Source: Isurus oxyrinchus (Eukaryota). Taken from it: DNA of 64,000 nt. The stretch lies in the NCBI GenBank assembly GCA_026770705.1, contig JANJGN010000242.1, positions 496,001-560,000 of the forward strand, given 5' to 3'. Positions 23,502 to 37,943 of this stretch are shown here, in pieces. The notes under the pieces were generated by a model. It had not been told where the DNA came from. It made no database searches and saw only the letters and a program-made list of their open reading frames with translations. The position numbers and the translations under genes were made by a program. Positions within the stretch are counted from its first letter, which is position 1, and each line of letters opens with the position of its first letter.

Positions 23502-25979
23502 CGTTCGGCAGCCTGGAGCTGATTGTTTATATGACGGGAAGCTGGGGACTGCAGCCCTGGACTGCACTGGGAGACCGGACCTCAGTGCTGGGCTGAAATA
23601 TTTTAGGGGGATCGAGTTGATTGGCACAGGGCGGTGTCGCTGAGATTGTTGATTTGCTGCACGGATCCCGGGTTGCTGGCTTAGTTTAGTGTGAATAAGA
23701 GAAAGGTTTATAAAAGGAGGCTGCAATTTCCTGACTCTACATTTGGATTGTGATCCGGATGTAAAAGCCCCTCCCACAAAACTCTGGGGTACAGGGGTGG
23801 GGGGAGGCGAGATTTTCTTTCTGCCAGTTGGGCTGCCGCATTCCTTACCCCGCAGTGATGAACTAGGAGGTTGATGCATGTGCTGTACTGGGTGGTGGTT
23901 GTTTAAGGTGGAACGTGGGCCCAGGACGCAAGGAAAATTCCCCCTCCCCGCTCTTACTCCAATATTGCGGAGATTGTTTAACATCGTCCTGAAAGGGCTG
24001 GCGGGACCTCAGTTCGACTCCTGATCTGAAGTTCGGCGCCTCAGACCCGGCATCTTCCCTGGCCCAGCAACCGGGGAAAGGTTAGAATATGAAGTAGCCC
24101 AGTGACATTACCAATATCCTGGTAGGTCTGCACAACATGCACATAAACAAGTTATGGTTAGTTCAGTTCGCTGGATTGCGAGCTTGTGGTTCGGAAAAAT
24201 GTAACAGCACTGGTTCTATTGGGGTTCTGGCTGAGGTAGGCTTGTGGCCTTCCTGCTCCTGCGGGTGGAAGGCAATTGTAAAGCAAAGCTAACAGGAAAG
24301 CAACTCAGGGTGAAGCAACTGCAGAAAATCGGCCATTGGCGGAGCAGACATGAAATAATACAAAGAACAAACTCCCCTCGTCATTGAAACAATTGCTTCC
24401 CACACCGGTTCTGCGGCGGATTACAGACAAAATGTGCTTCATGTCAGCTCTGTTTGATTTCCAGGTTGGGGACATTCAGAATTTCCGATTGAACCGACAC
24501 AGTTTGAAAAGACACCCGGAAGGGCAATGGACTTTGAGGAAACACTGTGCTTGGAGCTTGCTTTAAAGTTCACATTCATTGCTTTCTGTTCTGCAAAATG
24601 GGTTCTTTTTATTCGTTCACGCAATGTGCGCTTCGCTGGGAGGGCCAGTATTTATTGCCCATCCCTAGCTGCCTTTGAGAAGGTGGTGGTGAGCTGCCTT
24701 CTTGTCCACTGCAGACCCTGTCGTTTAAGAGCACCCGCTGTGCTGTTTGGGAGACAGTTCCAGGATTTTGACATAATGGCAGCAGAGGAAAGGCGATATG
24801 TTTCGTAGTCACGATGCTGAGTGACTCTGGGGTGTTAAGAATTATCTCTTACCCAGCAACAGCAACACTCGCCCAAATAAGCCCTATGACAAGGCCGAGG
24901 TCAAAGACTTCATAAACCTGACACCGGTGTTAGGAAAAATGCTGCGCAGCATTGAGGGCAGGGGCGAAAAGACCATTAAGGGGCGAAAGGGACATTGAAA
25001 CAGCAACACACCTCACAAATAGGGCCGACCGCACGTCACATAGACATGGGCGATTATTTGACCTTCAGCAGATAAATTCACAATTTTTTCTGCATGTTCG
25101 GCCAATTGGTGAGTATTTTTAATGTAATTAAAATCCGGCTTTGAGGCTACTACAGAGTGTAAAGTCCTGTTTAAAATAAACATGTGCATGTGTAGTGCAG
25201 TATAAACGTAATTAAAACAAATAGGGATATGGTCTGGAATAGTATTAACAAAGACAGGGCTGGTGTGATTTTAATAAATATCGGGTCTAATTCAGTAATC
25301 ACTGAGGCGAGGCCTGTAGTGAAACATGTAGAAATGGCATCGAGTGCAACAGGGAACTTGTTTAGAGCAGCTAGAACGAAGACAGGACCCCACGAAATCT
25401 AAATAGAGTGAAGAGTAGTGTTTTAAGTTCCTCCTTCCGGTTCAGCTCTTGATTTTCAAGTGTCTTTGGAAAGTTCTCTAAGTGTTCCACGGTAAAGACA
25501 GACACAAAATACTTGTGCAACGCCTCTGTGATTTCCTTGCCTTCTATTATCAATTCCCGAAGTACACTACCGAGAAGACTAACACTAGCTTTAATCAATA
25601 TTTCATTCTTTAAATATCTGTTGAAATTCTTACTCCCTAATTTTTGAAATATTCTACTTTTGTCTTTCAGGAAGAAATGGCGAAGATTCGGTTTCTGAAC
25701 ATCTTTCAGAATGAAGGGGTTGTGAATTGCCCTGGATATCACTGCACTGTGATATCTCGCCAACCTGCGTCAATTCTGTTTTACCACCTCCAATATCGCT
25801 TGGAAGCTCTGAGATGTTCATTCATCATTGGAGCTGGGTGATGGGGTACATTGTTCCACATGTCCTAGTCATGGCGTCTGCTGTTTTACATGAAGAAAAC
25901 TAAACGGTTCCCTTAATATTGATGGAGACCTTTAGTTCGACATCGCCGTTTGCTGCTGTGCCGGACACTTCCAGTATCA

Positions 25980-26042
<63 letters not shown>

Positions 26043-27333
26043 TTAGCAATCTATCCTCTGCTGGACACAGTCATAATCATACACACACAGACAAACACAC
26101 AAACACAAATACGCACACCTTTAGCCATCTACTTTCTGCTGGACACTGCTGGAAACTTTCTCTCTCTCTCTTTCTCTCTCTCTCTCACGCACACACACAC
26201 ACACACACACTCGGAGTCATCCAGAGATTACAACCCGAGAGGTCTTGCTTTTTAGTCTACTGCCTAACTCCCTGAATTCTTGATGCAAAACATCGTCCTC
26301 CTTTCGAACAATGTCATTGGTACCAACATGTACCATCACCTCTTCCTTATCCCCTTTCAGGATGCCATGCAGCCGTTCAGTGACATCCAGATACTGGCAC
26401 CAGGGAGGCAACACACCATCCTAGAGACACGTTGACGGCTACAGTAGCGCCTATCTGTTCCCCTGACTACAGAATCACCTAATACTATTGCTCTTCCTCT
26501 CTTTCTCCCGTCCTGAACTTACTGGCTCCTTTTACAGCCAGAAGCTTGGCTCTGTCTGCACTCCCTGGAGGAACCAGCGCACTCATCAGCCTCAAAAATG
26601 GAATATCAATTTGCGTGCGGAACCCCAAAGGGCTCCTAATCTACCTGCCTGTTTCTCCTGAGTTACCTAGGACTACCCATTCCCTACATTCCTCAAGTCT
26701 CTTCAGCTGCAGTGTGACCACCTCTGTAAATGTGCTATCCTAGATGCTCTCAGACTCACGGATGCTCTACAGTGTCCCCATCCGCTGTTCCAGCTCTGAA
26801 ACCCGAGATTCAGGACACAATTCCTGAACACATGCTGGTTCTGGGTACTGGAAATGTTCCCGGCTTCCTACATGGAGAATGAGGAGCACATCACGGCTTT
26901 GAGCTCTCTTGTCATCTTATATCCCTTTAAATTAAACCTATTAAATCAATTACCCTCGGGCCCTTCTTTCCTGATCCTCGTTACAGCAGAAGGTACAAAC
27001 TACAAACCACAAACAGACCTTAAACTAGAAGCAATTACAGTCGTAAATACTTCCCGACTTTACCCACTACCTACCAGTCATTTCTTTCCCTTGTAGCCTC
27101 TAACGCTGTAGCAGGTCAAGGACACACTCAGAAGATTTAAGAAGTTGGATAGCAGAGATCCAATGTAGAGAGCACCTCCTCCCCTCTGCGCCGAATTCCC
27201 ACTGTGCACCAAATTACCAATAGCCACACTCACTCTGGCTGTGTGTCACTCAGGATGTGTTCACTCACTTTTTCGTGTGCAAGCACCATGCGCAGGTTTT
27301 TGTACAGCTCTCTCCGTGTTCTGTACCACTGTG

Positions 27334-27634
27334 CGCCGACTCAGTGCACAGTAATACACAGCGGAATCTGTCAGTTGTAGTTTGGAGATATTAAACCGGC
27401 TGATTTTCTCGGCAGCATCGATAGAAGCAGAAATTCTTCCCCCGGCAGCATTTTCTTTATTCTCCTCTCCTGAAGTGTGTCTCTGAAGCAGATATTCCGG
27501 AGCCTGTCCTGGGGACTGACGATACCAGTGTACTGTGTACGGACAGAACCCTGAATATTCACAGCTTAAAGTAACGGTGTCAACGGCAGCAGAGGTTTGT
27601 TCAGGCGGATTTCGGGAAATTATGGAACTGGAAT
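27334..27634 (-). CDS. Supporting TCR-delta V exon (STCRdV-2), leaderless, intact
   Basis: SSSIISRNPPEQTSAAVDTVTLSCEYSGFCPYTVHWYRQSPGQAPEYLLQRHTSGEENKENAAGGRISASIDAAEKISRFNISKLQLTDSAVYYCALSR; single consensus 23-RSS at 27295-27333. Confidence 0.93.
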
Positions 27635-30555
27635 CTAGAGGATATAGAAAAGGGACATTTTATTCATGTTCAGCCACTGCTTGACCAGGTGAATATGTCA
27701 ATCGCGTACATAGCTCTGCTTTCTGCAGTAATTTTACTTGCTGGAAGCCTGTTTGAACCGTGTTCACTCTTATGAAAATATAATCAACTCGGGAATTAGA
27801 TGATATCTTGTTTTACATGGCGAACTCTTCCGATCAGTACTGCACTGTCTGAAATGGTGTTGGGGACAGATTCCATTGTAACTTTCAAACGAGTAATGGA
27901 TCTATACTGGAAATGTAAATAAAAATATAAAGCTATGGAGAAACTTCACGGGCAGTGTGAACAATTGGATTGCACTTTTAAAGGGTCAGCGCCTACACGA
28001 GGGGCTGAATGTCATCATTCCGTGCTGGATAATTCTGTGAGTTATGTTACATTCCAGTTTCTATTTTCCTTAATGAGACACAAACACGAGGGAGCATTTC
28101 ATGTTCAACGAGGCAACCAATTTCCAACAAAAACGATTTGTTGGACAGGAACACAACTGTGTTGCATGACTGTGCACTGCAATATCCAGCACAGACTGAT
28201 GGGAATCGTCAGCACCGATTGGGCAAAACCGAGAGTGAGCATCAGTGGTCAACGGTTAATCATTTACTGCGGTTTAAAACTAATCAGGAATTTCTATCTG
28301 CCTTCTGCTCTATTTCTCAATGTTCTATCAATAGTGTCCTTTTTCATGCAGATCAGCTTAATTTCAAATATATGCAATTAATTTCATTTTATTTCTTTAA
28401 TTTCACATTCCCTTTATTTCACATTTTATTTGTGCTCTATGCGGTTTTTTCAATCGTGCGAACTCGCCCTAAAATCTCTCAGTTGTCAGTTGGGCTCAGT
28501 CTGTTCAATTTCCGCAGCGGTTTTACTGTTAATCACTCGGAACTGCCTCTTCTGGCTCTCTGACAATTTCAACGCTTTCAGCAGGTTGACAATTTCTCTC
28601 TCGGGTTCACTGGGCGGAGGTTTCTCTCAATTTTACATTATCGAGGAAGAAGAATGTTGAAGACGAATGGGCCTTTCAGCCTGTGTGTATAATCAATTCC
28701 AGCCTGACCCGACCCGACACCTAACTGACCATTTCCATCCAGCTCCGTGTGTTGGTCTATTCCATTCTCCCTCCTGAATTTTCTAGTGTTCCACTAAATA
28801 TATCAATACCAACTCCAACCTCTCCCTGTGGCAGCAAGTTCCACATTCTAAACGACATTTGTTTCAATTCATTTGTCTTAAATGTTTTATTTGTTCTGTT
28901 AGTTACTGTCATATGCTGACGGCTACTGATTTAGACTCAATTTGTCCAGTGTAATACCGTTCATTATTGAAAAAATTCTATGGATATCCGTCAAAACTCT
29001 GTTTTCCGGAAAAAAGACACCCAGCCTGTTCAATCTTCCCAGAAAGATGTCGATTGTGCTGATTTCTTTACTCAGGAGTTTAAGAAATCAGGGCAGATAA
29101 TCCCATCAATAGAAGCAGGAGTCGCCAGATCACCTTTCATACCTCCTCAGCCACTCAGTAATATCCGGGCTGATTTACAACCTCAACATCACATTCATAC
29201 CCTCTTCCCATACCCCTGATCCCTTCAGTGTCCGAAAACCTGACGAATATTCTCTTGAATGCACGCAGATTATGAACATCCAGAGATCTCCGAATTACGG
29301 AATGCCACAGATTCACAACATTGTTTTTACTGAAGATATATCTTCCTTCTCAGATGACTCTTTATTCTGAAGCTGTAACCCCGAGTTATATACGCCTCAG
29401 TCTGGGAAACACCGGCCCAGAATCTACCCTGTCAAAGCCCTTCAGAATATTTTATGTTTTCATGAGATCACCTCTCTTTCTTCTAAACTCTAGGAAGTAT
29501 AGAACGAGATGACTAAATCTCTTTCCATTGGACAATCCCTTCATCACAGGAATCAGTTTGATGAATCTTTGTTGCACTCCTTCCAATGCAGATTGATCTC
29601 TCTTCTGTAAGGAGACCAAAATTTTACATAGCATTTCGGACTGGAGTCCAATTCAGTCATTTCCTCCATAAACCTCCCCCAAAATCGAATCGGACTGTAC
29701 ATTGAAAGTTGGCTAGAAATCATCCAATCCTTCTCTCACTTTCGATTATTTTTTCCTTGCTGGATCTAAATGAGCATTCTCCTTGTTTGTAATTGTTTCC
29801 TTCTGTCCCTATTCTCCTTTATAAGATTAATGCATTACCCTGACTCGCTCACTGCACTGCGTTGTTTCAATTCACAGTAATCAGGGATACAGATACATTA
29901 CACCAATCCCATCCCTCAAACATTTACATTCAATATAGAGAAGTGACTGCAGTTCCAACCTTTTACATTTCGATCTGAGAGTGGAAACGGAGGAAAGTGA
30001 TTGCTTCTATGAAGACAACTGAAAGGAATGGCGGGGACAATGTCAATAATTGCAGTCACTGATTGTCAAACAATAGAATTTCATCTGGACCCACATCAGG
30101 ATCTCTTATATCTGAAATCCCTTGTGTCACTCTCCCCTTTTGCTCCCGGGTCAGGTCTGGAACGAGCCGCTGCAGGTATCCGAACTGGCCGCAGTTGTGT
30201 TGAGATTATTCACCCGGTATCTCATTCACGTTGCGCGGCTCGGACAGCAATCTGCTGCCCAGGAGAGAGCTCTGTGACCCCGCTCCCGGGCACTAAGGGA
30301 CACATAGATCTCCCTCAGTCACAGTTAACACCGGGGGTTCAGTCCGGAGTGTCGACAATCTCCACTCATTAAAAGCGATTCAGAGTGTGAGAGTCCGTGA
30401 TGTTGATATTGCCCCCGATGTGCCCGTTAGAACAATAATGGTCCAGATTCCGCCAAATCCCACATCCCACGTAAATTACACTAATCTCAATAATAAACTG
30501 ACGGTGAACATTACCCTGGACAGGCTGTAACCCGGCGGGGTTTGGAACTACTTAC

Positions 30556-30608
30556 CGGCTGTGACAGACACCACCGTCCCGGATCCATCCGCATAATCAG
30601 TTTCCCAC
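30556..30608 (-). CDS. NAR-TCR J (J1b), intact donor
   Basis: WETDYADGSGTVVSVTA(G)|gtaagt; 23-RSS 30609-30647 (heptamer cacgatg). Confidence 0.9.
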
Positions 30609-30989
30609 CACGATGACACCGCTCTCAGTCTCCCCGGTACAACAACCACCGACACGTCAACTTGCCGGCAAATCATCATCAGACAGTAGAAACTGCCCAA
30701 TTATTCAGCCGTTTAAAATAAATAAAAATGTTCAATGTTTCAAAGACTCTATCGGTTCAAACTGTTCTTTGTGAGGCCCTGAGCTCTGAGTAAATGATCC
30801 CGGGAACGAGGTGCTCGCTTCATATAAACCGAGAAAAATATCAAAGAAAGAGAACTGAATGGTGGAAATTACAATGAAATTTAACCAGATTCCAGCGATA
30901 ATAACATGAAACCGACAATTCACTATCCAGGCCCGGAGAATTTATATTGTGATCGTAGACAGGTATTCGCTCGGATCTCTCCCACTGTG

Positions 30990-31004
30990 AATGTCCCAAA
31001 ATAA
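30990..31004 (-). CDS. NAR-TCR D (D1b) ttattttgggacatt
   Basis: 12-RSS at 30962-30989 and 31005-31032 (heptamer cacagcg). Confidence 0.88.
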
Positions 31005-31397
31005 CACAGCGTTACAAGTCGGTATAAAATCCCCCGGGTACTTGGTGAGACCTGGGCACTTTAGTTAAACAACGGGCACTGCGGTTCCCGGTTCCAGGTG
31101 TTAGACCAGGATCACATCTGGTGTTAGGAGTTTGTAACTGGGATCTGCCATTCCCAATCCCCCTTCACTGACATCAATCCCGGGAAAGACATCACCATCC
31201 GCACACACTCGGCATTTATAAAACTCAAGATGTTAACGGCAATAATCCAATCTCATTATAAACTAGACTGTGGAGCAGACGGTGTGAGGCGGAACTGTGG
31301 GGGTTTAACTGCAGATTAACTCCACTGTTTCATTTGTTTCTGTGACAATCTGCAGTGAGAGTTTTTGTATCGCGGGCAGCCGAGACCCATCACTGTG

Positions 31398-31874
31398 CTG
31401 TACTCGTACTGAGCTCTACAGTAATAGGTGGCGGTGTCTTCAACCATCACATCCCGAATTTCCAGCGAAAATGTCTTTTCTGCTTTATTCACCGACACAA
31501 CAAATCTCCCCCCGCTGGAGATCCGCTCCCGCTCTGTCCCGGTTTGGGTTTGTCTGAAGAAATCCCCGCCCGTCAAAGGAAGAGCGAAGAAACCACCATA
31601 GAAAACACAGGTGATGGTGAGAGACTGACACTCCTTCCTGGTCACCGCTGCCGGGGTCTGTACCACTGACTGACTGAAATAGCCTGTAAATTAAACAGAA
31701 AGATTTTAATGGACCATGAGAGCCGAACTGCAGAGCGGGGTTAAACCCCCAAACAGTGTCTGTAATTGCGATGGAGTCGGGCAGCTGTATGTTAAATCCA
31801 CACAGTGTCGGTTTGTTTGATCGGTACTCACGGGGTAAACAGACCCACAGGATGAAAACAAGGAGGATTCCCAT
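31398..31874 (-). CDS. NAR-TCR V gene (V1b), intact: leader 31832-31874, exon 31398-31683
   Basis: Same leader as V1. ...KECQSLTITCVFYGGFFALPLTGGDFFRQ...EDTATYYCRAQYEY; 22-RSS 31360-31397. Confidence 0.92.
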
Positions 31875-34800
31875 CGTTCTGCTGCCTGGAACTGAGGATC
31901 TATATGACGGGGAGCTGGAGACTGCGGACTTGGACGGCACTGGGAGACTGGACCTCAGAGCTGGCCTGAAATATTTTAGGGGGATCGAGTTGATTTGCAC
32001 AGGGCAATTTCGCTGAGATCATTGATTTGCCGCACGGTTCCAGGGTACCTGGCTCAGTGTTAAGTAAATTAGAGAGAGGTTTATGAAGGAGGCTGCAATA
32101 TTCCGACTCTACATTTGGATTGTAATCCGGATGTGAAAGCCCCTCCCACAATACTCTGGTGCACAGGTGTGGGGGAGGGGAGCTTTTCTTTCTGCCAGTT
32201 GTGCTGCTGCCTCCTTTCCTAGCAGTGATGAGCAGGAAGGTCTTTGTAAGTATTTGTGTTGGGTGGTATGTGTTAAAGGTGGAATGTGGTCCCAGGACAT
32301 CGAGAGAATCCCCCTGTCCCACTCCAATCCCAATATGCAGGAGATTGTTGCCTTGTTCTTGTCAATCCTGACGGGGTTACTGCTGTTTCGCAAAAGGAAA
32401 TCACAAGGTTTGCTTTGAATACCCCTGCGAATTAGCCCCGCCAACACCGGAGTGTTCTTGAGCTATGAGCCCCACACGGGCTTCATTGATTAACTGGACC
32501 CCGTACAATTAAACCAGTTGCCCCCCCCCAAACCATTAACCAAAACTTATTACACTTGCAGCATTTCCAGTTCGGATAACATTTTACCGATCTGAAACGT
32601 TAGCTCTGATTCTCTCCCCCCTGAGAGGCATCCTAACCGGCTAACATTTACCTTTCCAGAAGTTTCTGTTCTTTTATTTCAGATTTACAGCTTTGGGGAT
32701 CTCATCTTTTCGATTATTGCATCGTGTGGGATTGGAATGTCACCCCTGCTGCATTTAACCTGTCTCTGAGCTGTGCTGATTATCTTTGTTCGATTCTAAC
32801 GGCTCTAGTTCATTCGCCACTGCACGGAGGGACACCTCGCACCTAGAGACTGGGAAAAATGGTTGTTTTAAACATTTGCTTTATTCTTTCATGGGATGTG
32901 GGCGTCGCTGGTTTGTCAGCATTTATTGCCTTGCTCTAATTGCCCTTGTTCCAGGGTACTTAATAGTCAACCGCATTAATGTGGGCCCGGAGTCAGATGT
33001 AGGCCAGACTAAGTAAGGGCGGCAGATTTCCCTCCCTGAAGCACATAAGTGAAGCACTTTGGTTTATTAACGACAATCGGTAATGGTTCAGTGGTCATCA
33101 TTAGAATTGTAAATCCAGATTATTAGGAGAATTGATATTGCACTGTGAATCCAGATTTGGAGGGTCAGCGTGTCTTCCAGGGTTAGCCCCTGACTTTTGA
33201 AATATTCTATCTTTGTCTTTCAGGAAGAATTGGTGAAGATTCAGGTTCTGAACATCTTTCAGAATGAAGGGGTTGTGAATTGCCCTGGATATCACTGCAC
33301 TGTGGTTTTTCACCATCCGCCGTCAGTTCTGTTTTACCACCTCCAATATCGCTTGGAAGATCTGAGATGTTCACTGAGTATCGGAGCTCGGTGCTGGGGT
33401 ACATGTTTCCACATGTCCCAGTCATGGCGTCTGCTGTTTTACACGAAGGAAACGATACGGTTCCCTTAATATTGATAGAGCCCTTCAATTCGAAATCGCC
33501 GATTGTTGCTGTGCTGGACACTGCCGCAATCAGACACACACGCCGCGCTCAGGCGCAGACACACACAACTTTAGCTATCGACCCTCTGCTGGACACTGTC
33601 ATATCCTCTCTCTCTCGCTCTCTCTCTCTCTCTCGCAGACACGCCCACACACGCACCTCATGCAATCTAACCACTGCTGGACACTGTCATGTTCACAAAC
33701 ACACACACATACACACAGACACACACACATTCAGATGATCGACCTTCTGCTCCACACAGCCGGAATCTCTCACACACACAGGCACACACACAAACACGCA
33801 TGTTTAGCAAATTACCCTCGCATACACACACATACACACACACACACACACGCACACACAGAAACCTTTAGCAATCTACTGTCTGCTGGACACGGTGATA
33901 ATCACACACAAGCACATACACACACTCAAAAGTTTAGCTCTGCAGGACACTGGGATAATCACACACACACACACGCACGCACGCACACACCTTAAGCAAT
34001 CTTCTGTAGAGTTTCATAATCTCACACACACACTTTTAGCAGTCTACCTTCTGCTGGACACAGCCGGAATCACACTCCTTAACCGTTCTGCTTTTCGTTC
34101 AGCGAAGTGGCATAGGGGCTTTGTCACTGCACCAGTAACCCAGGTAATAACCCCCGTTCAAATCCCACCATGGCACTTGAATTTAACAGCTATCTCGAAT
34201 TACCTTCAGCGCGAAACCGCTCTTAAATGTCATGACAAAATCCATCTGGCTCGCAGATGGCTTGTCCGGCAGGGGACTCTAAACACTCAGCTAGTTAGAA
34301 GTGCAGACTCTCACTTGGCAGGGCTCTGTCATCAGCAGCGAGTCTACCGATCAGCTTTTATGCTCCCATCCAAATAATTTTGGAGTATAAAATCAATTAA
34401 TTATGGCCATACTCGGCATGTTGGTAAACATGGGTGCAGAGCGAATCAGAAATAAGGATTCATTTCCGCGACATTTCATCTGAAGTCAATTTGAGGAGTT
34501 GTAGGTTTCTGGTGAAAGGTCACAGACTGGGAACTTCATTCTCTTTCTGGTTATGCTTCCAGACTTTTGTTTTGGCGTTTCGAATTTGGTTAACATTTTG
34601 CTGCGAGATACACGAGAGGAGGGAGGAATTTCACCCGCAGGGCAATCGCAGGCACATTCTTTTAGGTAACTATCTGGTCACATTTTGGGACGAGAATAAA
34701 TATGCCCACATTGCGGACACTTCAGTTTAAGCACGGATTTTACTGTATAGTTATATTAATGTTCTTTAAGAATCATCACACAACGGTACAAAAGAAACAC

Positions 34801-37003
34801 GCAGGATCTGTCTCGGTTCCCTGGTACATCATCAGACAATGAAGCTCCCAACGTAGCAATTCATTTCTCCTTATATCTTAAACTTACGTTCCCTTTTTTT
34901 CACATTTTCTTTGTGCTGTTTTGGCTTTTTGCAATCGGGGAAACTTGCCCCAGACTCTCTAAATTTTCGGTTGTGCTCAGCCTGTTCATTTCCGCAGTCC
35001 TTTTACTGTTACTCACTGGGAACTGCCTTCCGGCTCTGACAATTTGGACTCTCTCCGCTCATTAACTGATCCTCTCCTGGCTTCACTGGGTGGAGCTTTC
35101 CCTCAGTTTTACATTATCGAAGAAAAAGAATGTGGAGGGGAAATGTGCCATTCAACCTGTGTATATCATCAATTCCGGCCAAACCCCGCCAGGAATCTTA
35201 TTGAACAATTACATCCAGCTCCCTGTGTTCTTCTGTTCGGTTCTCCCTTCTGCATTTTCAAGTGTACCAATAAATCTTCCAATACTGTCTCCAACCTCTC
35301 CCCGAAGCCGCAAGTTCCACATTCTGACCTGCCTTTGCTTCAATTCATTTGTCTTAAATGTTTTATTTGTTCTGTCATTTACTCTCATATGTTGACGGCT
35401 ATTGCTTTAGACTCAGTGTGTCCAGACTAAAACCGGTCATTATTGAAAAAATTCTGTGGATATTCTTCGTGGTTCTCTTTTCCAGAAAGAAGAGACTCAA
35501 CCTCTTCAATCTTCCCAGCGAAATGTGGATTGCTGCTGATTTCTTTATTCAGGAGTGTAGGAAATCAAGGCAGAGAATCCAATCAATAGAAGCAGGAGCC
35601 CCCATATCACCTTTCAAACCTGCTCAGCTATTCAGTAATATCCGGGCTGATTTACAACCTCAATGTCACATTCCTGCACTCTCCCCATATCCATGAGCCC
35701 ATTAATGTCCGAATAACTGGCGCATATTGCCTTGAATGCACACAGATTAAGAACATCCACAGCTCTCTGAGTTACGGAATGCCACCAATTCACAACAGTG
35801 GTTGTACTGAAGATATATTTTCCTTCTCAGATGACTCTTTATTCTGAAGCTGTGTCCCCGAGTTCTATACTCCTCAGTCTGGGGAAACTCCGGCAAAGAA
35901 TCTGCCCTCTCAAAGCCATTCAGTATATTAGATATTTTCATGAGATCACCTCTTATGCTACTAAACTCTAGGAAATATAGACCGAGATGACTCAATTTCT
36001 TTACATTGGTCAATCCCTTCATCTCAGGAATCAGTCTGATGAATCTTTGCTGCACTTCTTCCAATGCAGATTGATCTCCCTTCTGTAAGTGGAAGAAAAC
36101 ATTACACAGCATTTCGAACTGGAGTCAATTTCAGCCCTTCCCTCCATAAAGCTCATTCACCACGGAGTCGGATTGTACTTTGAAAGGCGCCCAGAAATCA
36201 TTCAACCCTTCTCCCCGTTTCGATTATTTTTTTTTTCTTTCTGGTTCTGAATGAGCATTCTCCTAGTTTGTAATTGTTCCCTTATGTTCCTCACTGTCTC
36301 ACTGCACTGTGTAGCTTATTCAAAGTAATCAGAAATACAGATACATTTCAGCAATCCCATCTCTCAAACATTTATTAGTCACAATAGATGAGTGTCTGCA
36401 GTTCCATATTTTCACATTTGGGTCTGAGGGCGGAAAAGGAGGAGAGTGTTTGGTTCTATGAAGACAATTGAAAGAAACGGCAGGTGCATTGTTACTAATT
36501 TTAGTCACTGATTTTCCAATAATAAAACTCCACCTGGACCCACAGTAGGGTGTCTTATATCTGAAGTCCCTTTTGTCACTCTGCCGTTTGTCTCCCGGGT
36601 AAGTTATTGAACGAGCCGCTGCAGGTTTCCGAATAGGCCGCAGTTTATTGAGTTTATTCACCCGGTGCCTCATTGATATTGCGCGGCACATACTGCAATC
36701 TGTTGCTCAGGACGGGGCTCTGTGACCCAGTTCCCGGGCTCTAAGGGACAGACAGAGCTCCCTCGGTCACAGTTAACACCGGGAGTGTGGTCCGGATTGT
36801 CGACAAACTGCACTTATTTAGAGCGATTCAGAGTGTGAGAGTCCGTGATGTTGATCATGTCCCCGATGTGCGCGTTGATCCAATAATGGTCCAGATTCCA
36901 TCATCTCCCACATCCCACCCAAACACCGCTGATATCAATAATAAACTGACGGTGAACATTACCCGGGATAGTCTGTAACCCGGCGAGGTTTGGATTTACT
37001 TAG

Positions 37004-37060
37004 CGGCTGTGACAATCACCACCGTACCGGACCCATCCACAGAATCATATTTATAACCCA
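37004..37060 (-). pseudogene. NAR-TCR J (J2b), donor mutated
   Basis: Copy of J2 with the ctaagt donor. Confidence 0.85.
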
Positions 37061-37442
37061 CACAGTGACACCGCACTCTGTGTCCCCTGTACAACAACCT
37101 TCGACACCTCAATCTGCTGGGAGGTCATCATCAGACCGTAGAAAATGCCCAATTATTCAATGTATTTAAATAAATAAACAATATTCACCATTTCAAAGTC
37201 TCTGTTGTTTCAATCTGTTGTTGTTAAGACCCTGAGCTCTGAGTAAATGGTCCCGGTAACGAGATATTCGCTTCCTAATAACCGAGAAAAATATGAAAGA
37301 AAGATACCAGAATAATGGAAATTACAGTGAATTGTTACCAGATTACAGAGATAATAACATCAACCCGACAATTCACTATCCATGCCCAGATAATTTATAT
37401 TGCGATCGTTCAAAGGTATTCTCTCAGGTCTCTCCCACTGTG

Positions 37443-37943
37443 ACTGTCCCAAAATAATGCTACAGTAATATCTGGACTGAGTTTTACAGTAATAGGTGGC
37501 GCTGGCATCAATTCTCACATCCCGAATTTCCAGCGAAAATATCTTTTCTGCTTTATTCGCCGACACAACAAATATCCTCCCTCTGGAGATCCGCCCCCGC
37601 TCTGTCCCGGTCTGGGTTCGTTTGAAGAAATCCCCGCCCGTCAAACGACGAGCAAAAAAAATCACCACAGAACACACAGGTGATGGTGAGAGACTGACAC
37701 TCCTTCCTGGTCACCGCTGCCGGGTTCTGTGTCACTGACTGACTGAAAGAGCCTGGAAATTAAACAGAGATACTTTCATGGACCATCAGAGCCGAACCAC
37801 AGAGCGGGGTTAAAACCCCAGACAGTGTCTGTAATTGGGATGGACTCGGGCAGCTTTATATTCAATCCACACAATGTCGGTTTGTTTGATCGGTACTCAC
37901 GGGGTAAACAGACACATAGGTTGAAAACAAGGAGGATTCCCAT
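37443..37943 (-). pseudogene. Germline-joined V-D gene (VD2b), +1 frameshift; leader 37901-37943, exon 37443-37752
   Basis: Copy of VD2 including the A8 run and the V-D junction; 12-RSS heptamer at 37436-37442. Confidence 0.87.
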
